DNA from: Tubiluchus corallicola
Lineage: Eukaryota > Animalia > Priapulida
Reading direction: 5' to 3'
Length of the DNA: 64,000 nucleotides
NCBI GenBank assembly: GCA_030141605.1
Contig: JAQGDQ010000109.1
Coordinates: forward strand, 186,001 to 250,000
Below, in pieces: positions 12,601-24,708 of the stretch. Every line of letters starts with the position of its first letter. Within the stretch, counting starts at the first letter, position 1. The notes beneath the pieces were generated by a model that was not told the DNA's origin, ran no database searches, and was given only the letters and a program-made list of their open reading frames with translations. A program made the translations under genes and the position numbers.

Positions 12601-15600
12601 CGATCTTTAATATAGTAGTTTAACTAATGTAAACAATCAGTTTTTAATATTAGTTTTTTTTTGAAATAGTATAATTATTGTTTTATAAAACTAACAATAA
12701 AGTAAATAATTCTGTGATGTAGGTCTTTCATTTTAGACCTGTGCGCATCTTCTGCCTAGTTTGATTGTTAAAAAGTTAGGAGTTTCTTGCACCCTAAAGA
12801 ATGCGAAATCATAAGACAATAATTATTAACACATCAAGTATCGCCTTTTGTGTAAATCTGAAAAATTTCTTTTTGCTATTTTTATTCCACTAGATGAGTA
12901 AAGATAATTAAATTATAATGCTATGTAACAGTTTTCATGAAAATAATCATCAGGGTACTTAGTAACTTGTAAAAGTTCAAGGTGCACGGTAAATCTCTAC
13001 TTCTAAAATGCATAATACATGAGTGGCAACTTGCAAGCACATATTGCATTTTAAAGGTCATCCAATGTCATGATGAAGGGCAGACACAAGCTAAAGAAAT
13101 CTTTTAAAATCTAGACAAATTTGTTAACTGTTGCTTAAAATTACTCATTTTATGCAAAATTAAATAATTTTTAGTTACTTGACCAATGCATGCAAAATTG
13201 ATTCTTCTTTACTTTTACTGATATCAAGTCACTAGCTTAGTTTTAGTCTGGTTTATATGTAGCATGTTTTTTATTTTGATCATAGCAAATTAAGCACATT
13301 AATTTGGCAATTGTCACACAAGTGCCTGATCTCTACAAATCTTGATTTTCTGCACTTAATCATGGTGTATACTTATTTTGTTTGGTTTTCCATCTACCTG
13401 TTATTCAGCTAGAACAAGCCATGTGACAGTGACATTCAAATTAATGTTCAATTCTTCCTGTTAAGATTTTAGATTTTCTTTTAGAATTTTAGCCATATTG
13501 GTGCATCTTTAAAGGAACTTTAGACTGAAAGGAACTACTCCTTTTGTTACATATTTGTGATCAGCCTAGTTTGCTTTTAACTTATGTTTCTGTCAATTAT
13601 TATGAAAGCAATTAAAGTTCTCTATGTGCTCTCACACACATTGACCAAACAAAGTTACTTGATGTACGTTAATCAGATTGCGACTGTGAATGCCAGAATA
13701 TTCAGGCATTCACAGTTACAATCTAATTAATGATGTCGTTAATTGCCAGTTGATTTAAAAAAAGTTGATACTTGGTCTTGATGTACATCACTGAGACTAG
13801 AGTTCTTAGACTATTCATGAGTTACGACTGCAAAAATGCTTCTAATGCTAACACATAACATGGTTGTTAGGTCTACTAAAATTTTTAGTTGACTAGTTGA
13901 CTAATGTGAACAGTTGCTATTATTAGAAGTACTCCTTGTGTTACAATTGTTGCAAGATTCTCCGTTGTTTAGTTTTACATTAAAAGTCAAAACTGTGATA
14001 TGAACAGGAATGTACAATCCTTAACTGATTTTAACTATTTCCACAGGTTGGAGCAGGTGGAAAGAAAAGCAGATTATTATTATCTATGTCAACTGCAGCT
14101 GAATTTAGGGATCACCTAACAGATTTTAGTGATCATTATGCCTCCCTTGGTACGTTCTCATCTACATATACTTTGTTTTTGAATTCTTTAAAGAGGGTGG
14201 TAATTGTCTGAAATTTCACCCAAAAGTTAAAAGGTACTTTTTAATACATGTTTACACAGCTTTTATTTCAAGGTTTCATATGCCTCAAGTTTTAATTTAT
14301 TGATGTTCCTAACATTGCAGATTTTATTATAAAGATTTGTTAAATTCTTTTTTATCCTTAATATGTTGAATAGAAATGCTTCTTAAATAATTTCCTCAAA
14401 TACCAACCTGGTCTCCTACATTAAATTTTAAACTCTTCTTCTTGGATATTCATTTTTTAGATTTGTCATTATAGTAGCTGGCGTTCACTTATAAAGGAGT
14501 TTACATAAAAAAATTGAACTTGTTGTCAAACTTGTTGTTTCCTTGGCTGTGAGGCCTTTGTGCTCAGCCCTTGGAATCATTCAGATGGTTGCAGCTGAAA
14601 GAACAACTTGAATATGAAATATGAAAATGTCCACAACAAGTATGGAGACTCTGAGAGGGGTAGAGCTTTTCTATTTTTGTATGGAGATCCGGTGTCGTCT
14701 TTCGTATAAAATGCATCGTACGTGATTTCATGTTGTAGTATGGATACATTGTTTGAGTAAAGCATTTTTGTGAAGGCATACTGTTACAAAAGGAACCGAT
14801 ACTTATGTAAACAAATTTTTTTTGGAATTACTAAATTACCCAGTGATTTTATTGAATGCAGTTAGTGCAACGTCAAGATTGAATTAACTATAAATAATGT
14901 GGTTGTTTATAATGATTTACTCATGCTTCAGGTCCTCCCAATCCGGACAATGTACCCGATGATGGAAAACTAAAAAGTGAGACAATGGTTAAAGAAAATC
15001 GTCGATATTATTTGGATTTGAAAGAAAATGCAAGGGGCAGATTTCTACGAGTAAGTTAATTCTGAGGAATATTCTTTTTCAACTGTGTCAAAATCTGCCG
15101 AGTGTCTCCGTCTAGAGGAAATAAATGTATAATCATTTCTAATGCTTTGTCATTTATCGGGGCAAAAGAACTTAAGTGAATTTTTGGGTTTTGTGAAACT
15201 GGCTGCAAAGGGTGTTTAGGACCTTGTACTGTTCGAAAAGTAGTGAAACTCAAAATTTTTTGAGATCTGGGAAAATTTCTAGGCTACCAAGAAAAATTAA
15301 TTTTGTCCATTTTTGGCACCCACCATCAACTAGACCTCAGTGTGGCTACTTCTCTTGATCTCCATCCTGCCCCGTATTTGCAGTAAGAGTAATGACTGAA
15401 TGAGTATTTTAAATAGTAGTAAGCTGCAGCGGTTTAGTCGTAGTCACCTACAGTCAGTTTTTCAAATCAAATCTTTTTTCTTAATGAGTACAACTGTAAT
15501 GTAGCTCATAGCTCTGGCGTGTATAAAACATACAATCTAAATGGGTTGCAAGATATCTATATTCATACAAAAAATGTTAGTTTAAATGCAGGTGCCTCAC

Positions 15601-18600
15601 CTTTTTAAGACTATATACAGCTTGATATAGATCAGCTGACTAGTAAGAAATGCTGGAAATATTGATCAATACTTGCTGGACTACCAGGTTGCTGCTGTAA
15701 AGCTAGGTTACACTCCACAGACAGACAGTCTCTGTTGCAGTATGTAATCAATAGTGTCCAGGCATTTTTCCATTTTTAATTAAATGTCCAATAATGTGCA
15801 CAGATCTCATCTTGTTAAGTTACTGCATTAAAATTTTATAATAAAGTTGCATGTGCTAAGAGTTGTGCGTGGATAGTTTTTATGGGAGGGTAACTAATAA
15901 TAGGCTGTCGACATACCATAGGCTTTTTTCTTGCTAACTTTGTATGGTAACTATATAAATAATTCTTCTTTTTATACTTGGTTTATTGGTACTCTATTTG
16001 TGGATCTTTGCAATCTTTTATAGCTCATTTTACTGTAGCATGGACATTTTATTGTTGCATTTTACTGTAGCACTCACTTTTATCTTTTTCTTTCAATTTT
16101 ATCTTTAAAAGCATTTAAGACCTCAACAGTTCTCGGCATATGATCTTCTGTACTGTGAAAGGTCCCTCAAAGAAATGCCTATTGTTTTTGCTTGATTTAT
16201 TTTGTCTGTAGTGTATTACAGGAAGTTATTATTTTCTCTCTAATTTTTGTCTGCTGTGAACAGGTTTTGGGTTTTCAACTTTCATTACCTTTGTGAAATG
16301 CCTCTGGCATTTGTGAGTTTGTACGAAGAGCTGCTTGTAACATTTTCTGGTAAATTATACTAGAAATTAGTGGGGTCAGGGGTATGGTAATTTTGGGATT
16401 TATGCTTTGAATGCGTGTTTTGTTTGAGACATTGAAAATTTCTCTCATGTTTCATTTGAAACACTGCAAATTTCTCTCACGTGGTTCACAGCCGGTCTTT
16501 TGTTTTAGATGGATTTGTACCCTGAATTAATACAGAAATGTGAAATTAACTTTGAACATATTGAAATGACCAGACAGTTAATCTTCGGTTGATAGAAACC
16601 AACCATAGCAGACTGCAAAATTGAATACTATGAAATCAGTTGTATTTATAGAAATCAAAAACAGTGTACTTTGTGCCTAACTCATGAGTTGAAAATTCAC
16701 ACTGCAGCTGAAATTCATGAAAATACGCAAACTTTTTGACGTTGCTTTGATGTATTTTTTGTTTTCACCATTTAATAGAATTTAATTTTGACTGATAGTT
16801 ATATAAATCCAATGAATTACATTTTGTTAAACGCATTTTCTTGAAATTAGTTAACATTGTTAACACATCTTAACATTACCATTTTTCACCATATGGAAAA
16901 TATTATCTATATGCAGCAGGCTGCCGAGAGAATTTTTATGTGCACAAAACAAATTTTGGGCCCCTTCCTCACCTGTACAAGGACATGAAGACTGTAATGC
17001 ACAAAAAAGTTCCATAATATTTGTTTGCTAATAACTGTAATATGTTTATTCACAGTGAAGCATAATACGTCCCAGTTCATTCTCTGCTAATGGAGACTGC
17101 CCAACTTGTAGAAAAATGTTAAGTCGAGCTTTGGCACAAAATTGACATTAGGTTTAGAAAATTAGAATTATCTTGTGGCGGGACCTGCACAAATTGTTAG
17201 ACCTAACATGCACAGACCAAGTTGAAGCTTCATATGTTTTACAGTACTAGGTCTTCATTGTTTAACATATGAAGTAATGATGAATGTAGGTGAGAAACCA
17301 ATACAAATATTGTCCAGCTATGCAAAATTTAGTGTTTCTAATTTTACCATTGCATAGCCACAGTAGGGCATCTAATTGGGATCGACACCAACACAAATAC
17401 TGGTCATGCTGACATACAAAATTTAATATTTGTTGCACCCCCTATCCTTGGGCCTGTCTAAATAGAGTAGACTGTCATTTAATTTTTTGATCGTTCACAT
17501 CAGGTATTTTGGACGTATAGTCGTATACCAGTTTGTTAAAGGTTGCTCAATTGTCCAATTTTTTTGCAATTTCGTTACTATGCAGATTTTGTTATGAAAT
17601 GTATCAAGTGAAAGTACATTTATATTTTGATGTTAGTGATTCAGTAGTGGATCAATTTCAGTGATTCTCTTTCAACTTTTAGCGAGATCTAAGTGTGGGT
17701 GTTTTTAGATAGTATTCTAAACATTTTTAGAACCATACTATGTTTTCATTCTGCATTTTAACAAAAACGACTGAAATCTCTTATAGCTATTTTTTAAAAT
17801 TTGATGGTGTGTTGGACTACGATTTTGACCTATCTTGATAAGCTTCTTTGATTTTTTTCATTAGACGGAGTTACATTGATTTGTTAATAGTAGTTTATTT
17901 TTTGATTGCCAGATGGAGAAGCACAGCAAAATGTTTTCGTATTTTTTCTGTGATGTATTTTGTACATTAATGGAAATAAATTCGTGTTCGTAACAAACAA
18001 AGTTGAATTAAATGTAGATTTTCAGCTAAAATATTTATATCCATTTTTTAACTAGAAATTGTGGAAAATATAATTTTCTTGTTGGTTATATAATGTTTGT
18101 GCATATTGAGCCTTACTATAGTAACTTTAATAGCAGGTTGTGACTTTTCAGGCTGAAAAATGTATAACTGGATTTGAGAATTATAATATCAGTGTTTTCT
18201 TTTCATTATCTACTGTAACTGCATTACTGTGATGCATACGCTTAGGTGTCACAGACGATACCACGTGGAGGTCCACGCTCACAGATCGCCATCCCAGCAC
18301 AAGGAATTATAGAGTTCCGTGATGCGCTAACTGAATTACTGGACGAATTTGGAACTGATGATGGTGGTAAGATGAAGACTGAATTTAATTAGCTGGTACC
18401 CTGCATTGCATAACCATCTGGCGATGGATATTAGACACTGTGGAAAGTGTTAATAGTGACTGTAGTGATTGCTGTGATTAATTTAGGTTGAGCATAAAAT
18501 GCCAAGAGTAATAATATTTCAGTAAATTGATATGTTCAGTTCATGATCTTAAATTTCTTTTATCGCATTCTGGTTATTATTAAATGGGCGGCTACAGATG

Positions 18601-19835
18601 TTTTTTTCTTGATTAGCCAAATTTTAAGCATTTTGGTGGAAGTTTTTGTTGTCCAGTGTTAAAGGGCATTAAAGTGTTCTATCTTACTTCACTAAACTCC
18701 TCTATGGTGAAATTCGTCTGGTCGAGGAGTGCAGGAATGAACGCCACTAAAAAGAATTACTCTAAATGTTACACTGTAAGTCACTTGAAAGCCTTAAAAT
18801 AAAAAACGAAAATATAACACATAAAATGGCAGTGGGCAGTAAAGAACTAATAACATTGAGATTCATGTTGAGAATCTATAGCAATCAAATCAGTATGCTT
18901 TTCATACACGTTTGTAAAGCGCGTATTGCTTAAAAACTTGACGAAAATTTTGTTGTGTTGCGCTAAAGCATAGCCGTAACTCAAGTACTGTTGAGAGCCA
19001 AGTCCCAGTTACATTTATTTATGGTACATCATGATGGTGAGTTTTTTTTCAATTGGGACATGTCACTTCAAAGGAATTGTCTCATTGAGGAGATCAAAAT
19101 ATGAAGTTATTTTTGTTGCCCATGCATACATGTATATATGCAGACATAAAAAATTTAATGTTACATTTGTGGAACTACAATTAAAATTGACAGTGCTTGA
19201 TCCTGAACCGGACAAACCATGGCAGGAATTACTGGAAAATTCTATAATACTATTATGCTAGCTTTTGTGACAGTTATCTGTTTGGTCTCTTCAAAAACTG
19301 CTTAACTTATTGCATTGACAATTCATTTCCAGGTTTTCAAGGAGAATTACCTGATGGACGACATATGCGTGTAGAAAATAAAAACTTCTACTTTGATATA
19401 GGATCAAATCATCGAGGAGTATACATGCGTATCTCAGAGGTAATTTATCTAAATATATTACTTTTCTACGAACACGTTTTTTGTGTTTATAACATTGGTA
19501 AATTTATAAAAAAATTCTTAATCTGCACTATTATTTGTTTTTTAAGCCTTGAGAAGAGTTTTAGAATGTACTCATATATATTTTCACAATTTTATTAACA
19601 AAGACTCTGGGGTGAATACGAAATTGTTAAACATTGTTGCTTTCACAACATTTTCTTTTTTTAGGTGAAAAATAACTTTCGCACTGCCATCACCATTCCG
19701 GAAAAGTCCTGGTCGCGATTTCGTGACATATTTGCGGATTATGTAGAGAAAATGGAAGAACAGCAAGATCAACAGGGCAAGCCCGAAGCTACGGCTGCAT
19801 CTGCAACATCCAATGGTGATGACCAACGCGAGTGA
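9672..19835 (+). CDS. PURA: Pur-alpha family ssDNA/RNA-binding protein (three PUR repeats), 264 aa, 7 exons
   Basis: Exons 9672-9723, 10871-10992, 14047-14149, 14932-15050, 18246-18366, 19333-19439, 19665-19835; all GT-AG and frame-consistent, 795 nt. [10 protein letters not shown] start, [100 protein letters not shown]. Confidence 0.95.
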
Positions 19836-22800
19836 GAGCGCGTCGAACAGCGGCGACAGAGAGTTGTCTCCCTCTAAGTTAACGCCAAGAGTTGTTGCAT
19901 GATGTGGTGTTTTCTGGTTGATTGTGTGGTGAACGGTGCAGTTGAGGTCGGGTGTACAAATTCCATCCAGTCATAATTTATACTCTCAGGCATGCAGCCC
20001 TTTAGCAGCAGTCGCTGCACAAGTTTATTTAACATAATTCATTTGCAGGACAAAGTTATTGCAAATGTGTCGGGGACTGTTGGTACAGGTACTGTTGTAG
20101 ATCCCTGACCTCAACTACACCGCACTACACTAGCAAGCTACATAGTAAGACTTCATATACTGACTGGGATATATTAGATAAGGAGTTCAGTTTTAATTCT
20201 GTGATGGTATTACTTCAAGAAGTTTAACGGTTTGTATTTAATAAATAGATGAATGCCTTTGAATGGTTTGGTTGCAAATTTGCACTCCAACTTTTAGAAA
20301 CATCTGTTATGGTGGCTCACTATACTGCAGAATCTATCATTTTGAATTATGTAATACTAACTGTTGATGACTGCATTGACTATATTTTGATTTGCAAAAT
20401 TTGATAAATCACAACGAGATGTACAATATAGTTTAGATTTTTTCATTCGACAAGTTATTTCATCATAAGTCTATTTACATTTATATCATACAACAACTCG
20501 TAAAACTAACTCTTGGTCGTTATTAAGTTCGTTGGCTCCTGAAGATGGTGTCACTAAACAGGCAACATCATAATAATAGTTGTCTTTTGCATTTTGCACA
20601 TAGTGATGATTCTGCTGATGATGTTTAGAGTATATTATAATATTACGTGAGATGTAAAGGCTGGAGTATATAGCTGCGGTATGGTTGTCGTTACTGTGGT
20701 TACGTACGATGCAGATTTTCATATTGTATCGAAACGCCAAGCTTTGTAACGTGTTACTGTTAGGTATACTTCTGATCTGTATATATAATAGCACTAGTGG
20801 GTGTGTCTGGGACAAACCTGCAGTGCTTTTACTTGCCTAGCAGTTGTAATTACTACATGCTGCTGTTAGCAAGAATCATATTGCTTCATGCTACTACGGA
20901 GTTACTAACGTCATAATAACACTACTAAGGCATTTTTGTCATTGGCAGTTTTGGTGTTTATTATCTGCAATGCATGTTCGAAAACTGCATGTAAAATAAA
21001 TTCAAATTTGTTTGCAATAATTATTGGTAACTTTATAAACGTCTGTTAAATAGTTCAAATTTCACTTTGAAAACTTTGGATCTCAACTGCTTATGTTTCA
21101 TGCAAGAGTAGCATATCTTCTGCTATCTACTTTAGCCTTGGCATGTTTGTCGTGTTTTTGTTTGATTACTAAACTTTGTTCTAGTTTGGATTCTTCGAGT
21201 CGGGTTGATTTTGCATTCAGATTGATGGAAGTTCTTTAAAAGCCGGTGGTTTTTGCATTATCCCCATGTTTGGTGGCCTCCATGAACTGTTTATCTTGTT
21301 TATTCATGTTATTAAATAAATATATCTTTTATCTAAGTGAAGGTTAGACTTTTCACTATTTGATAAGTGAGAAGTGTTGGTTACTGCATTTAGTATTCAA
21401 CCACCATATGTGGTATGTTATTGTGTTCATATTCTAGGTAATTGCCTGTAGTTATATTATATATATTTGCCAAATGTTGTTAGGTAGACAGTAGGCAGAG
21501 ACTCTAATGCACTGGTTATAGTTATCTTCGGACGATTTTAAGTGAACATGTTAATTTGATATATTTTAAGTATTTTTGTTTAATACTGACTTTGTTCAAG
21601 GTATTTAAATATTGTAGTTGTTATGCCATACTTTTATTTTAAGTAATAACCAGCAAGTTTTGTTTATAAATGCCTCTAGTCTTGTGTCATGCAAAACCAA
21701 TTAACTGCCTACTATACTTCTAAGTTTGCTTTGTATTTCCTTGTATTTGTTTTATATAACTTCTGTAAGGTCATGTGACCTATGGCTTTGTGTAGCCATA
21801 TGTTATGTTTTGTATGGCTCTTTGGTCATCTGTTATTGAGCTAGATAATAATATGTCATCTGTTATTAAGCTAGATAACAATAGAAGTGTTACAGGAATT
21901 ATCCATAAGTCTCCAAGGAATGTGGATTGTTTTGATGCGACAATCCCTTACATTCTATTTGCTGAATGCATTGCTTAGATTGTTTTTTGTACATTTTTGG
22001 CAATTTGTTTTAACAATTTCTGTTTTTTAAGTTCAATGTTATCGAGAAATTACAATGCAATGGAAATCTCTCGTTGTTGATAAACACATTTTTATTGTGT
22101 TTCATGGAAACTTTCCAATATTTGCATGATTTTGTTTTCAACAAGGTTAGCCATTTCCTTGCTGAGGTTCTTTTTGCCTGTCTTTAAATTTATTTATCAG
22201 CACATTGTGCTTGTCCAACCTTGGGTTTCTGGAAATGCTTTCTATCTTGTATTATATCTTCTAACAAAATGCTATATGCACTAATAGAAATAATTAATCA
22301 CCAAATTAATTTTGTTCGAAAACCTTGTTGTGAACCACAAGAAAATAAATACACAGATCTTATTGTATATTGTTCTTTATTTGTGTTCGTTCAGCATTTT
22401 TTTACTGCATTCACTGATGTCGCTATCAATAAGTTTATAGCGACACTACATTAGTAATTAACAGCATTTGTCTTCAGTTGTAAAGTATTAACTTATAACA
22501 TTATCAGTAATGTGAACAATTCAAGACTACTTTTGATGCCAATGTGCAACTGTTTAAAAACGGCGTCAAGTATTATTGCGAAACCTTTGGTGTGAAAGGT
22601 TCATGCACTTGCGCTTGACGTAGTTGAGATTGATAGTAAAGTTATTACAATTGTCTAAAAGTACTTTTATGTAGGGATGGAAAACTTAATTTGTAACCTT
22701 TAAAACGGTAAGGATTGAGGGCCAGCTTCCATTGGAGATGAACAGCTGGTGGTCAGAGCGGCAGTGAGACAGCCACTTATTATACTAGCTAGGCCTACCG

Positions 22801-23694
22801 CAATTTTGGTCACAAAGTAGCCATTGTAACCAACCAGTTATAACAGACAGCAAATTGTTATCTATGAACATAGTTTGCAAAATGAGATTCGCACCCGAGG
22901 CCTCATCGAAAGCCTTGAGTAGGAGGACTACAGCTGTAACCTAGTCTCGTTAATAAGATGCGGTCAGTAAAAAAGTTATAATGTGCATGAAACAATTATA
23001 GTAATGTTATAGTATTTTCAGTTAGCACGGCTTCAACGACTCCCGTATTTAACAGCAATGCTTGCTGTTATTGAATCTTACCGCACAGACGAGATTTGGT
23101 TGCAGTATGAAGTGTAATTCTCTATATAAGACGAGACACTTGAACTGGCCTAGTGATGTTCTGGTCCTATCGCTTCGTCAGTGAGGTAAATAACAAGGTG
23201 TTGTACGCAGATAAAATGGACAAGAAGTACGATTAGCAGATTTATTGATGACTGCTAGTCATTTTTATAATCTGCTTCGGGTTTATTTAACTATTCAAGC
23301 CAAGTTATTCACCGTGATCACTAAGCTATTACCTCTCGTCTTCATTCATTCTGTTGCTGCTATACCAATTAGTGCTTGCACGAAGAAACTATCCATGGCT
23401 ATCATAGGACTTAGTTTGCAGATATCCAAGCGGGCAGTGTACTCTATTTACTGTTTTCGTGTAGTACATATAGTTTCCATTCTTGCTTTGGACAAGGCAA
23501 GTTTTGCGTGTAAGGTTAGTACGTTGACAGTTACGCAGAATGCTGAAAATTGGTAGCAGATGAATATGGTTGTAACTCGTTCTTTTGTGTATATAGTTTA
23601 TACAAGTTTAGGTATAATCTAATGCGCAACTGTGCTAAAAACGAACACGCACATTTATATTAACTACATGTATTTATGTTATCTCTTGTCTTAG

Positions 23695-24035
23695 TATTCG
23701 TTGCTACATCACATTGTTAAATCTGTACAATCAAACCTTAATTCAACAAACGAACCATCCATTTTGTACGCTGATTTACCAGGACTATCTACCCCTCAAC
23801 AGGGCACTGTTGATCCCGAATGGGTACAAACAACACAAATCCCTGACCTTACGATTTTCTTTTCAGAAACTCGCTTCTTAATAATAGCTTAGCGTTCCAT
23901 TCTATACTCCAGAAAATATTCACAAAGCCAGAGATCGTAAAACAAACGGATATGCAGCTTTAAAATCAGATCTTGAAAAACAAAATTTTGAGGTGTTGTT
24001 TGTTCCATTTGAGATCTGCAGTCGTGTTTTTATTT
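23695..24035 (+). mobile_element. 5'-truncated non-LTR retrotransposon relic encoding a restriction-like endonuclease (R2/NeSL/Hero-type)
   Basis: LYADLPG...GTV...TTQIPDLTIF...LII [frameshift] LSVPF..ENIHKARDRKTNGYAALKSDLE....VPFEICSR matches the PD..(E)LxVPF..RKxxKY..EVGSRG pattern of RLE domains. Confidence 0.75.
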
Positions 24036-24654
24036 TTGCCGACAATTACAACATGCTTAAGATACTTGCTAAATTTTAAATAGATTTAATTATTTTATCA
24101 TAAATTTATTTAGAACTTTTACCTTTTTGATCTCACAGAATGCTAGTGTTTGTCATTTAAGCGTTTATGTAAAATTTGTAATTATAAGTTAATGTGTGTT
24201 TAATGTGTATTACTCACTGGAGGAGTATCACCTTATTGTACACTTCTGTGTGTCTTTAAATTTTGTAATAAAATTTGTTATTTTTACAGGCAAAAGAACT
24301 AAAAGTAAAATCAAATTAACAATAAAATAAGAACACAAATAGCTAGACAGCTGTAGTAAGTCCCCATACGGGAGGGTCAGAAAACCGTCTTCGGACAACA
24401 TTTTCGACTGAATGTGCAGTAATGTATTAATTTAGTTACGTGAAATTAGTTATTAAAAATGATAAGAGTGAATGCTTAATCCATTGTTACCAATATGTAG
24501 TTGCTATATATCAATAGCTTTTTATATTATCATATAGAATACTCTCCTGTGTAACCAAAAGTAGTTGATCTATATATATATAGGTCAACGGCCTGTGTGA
24601 GTGCCCTTTCATGCAGAACCGAACTCAAGCATTTCGCTTCCTTATGCCAAGCCG

Positions 24655-24662
24655 TGACGTCA
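24655..24662. promoter_or_regulatory. Perfect CRE/ATF site (TGACGTCA) about 50 bp upstream of the STELLO-like ATG
   Basis: Exact motif near the probable promoter; function untested. Confidence 0.3.
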
Positions 24663-24708
24663 TTAGGTAGTTTAGTTATTATTTCAAAGTGAAAATGTAG
24701 TGGGAAAG

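Noticed and set aside
16914-17456. Possible hAT MITE (CAGG...CCTG ends) in Pur-alpha intron 4
   Set aside because: TIRs are too degenerate and the TSD is ambiguous.
21826-21885. 30-bp tandem duplication in the probable Pur-alpha 3' UTR (similar small duplications near 16026 and 16430)
   Set aside because: Two-copy slippage duplications with no spacers or structure; not a CRISPR-like array.
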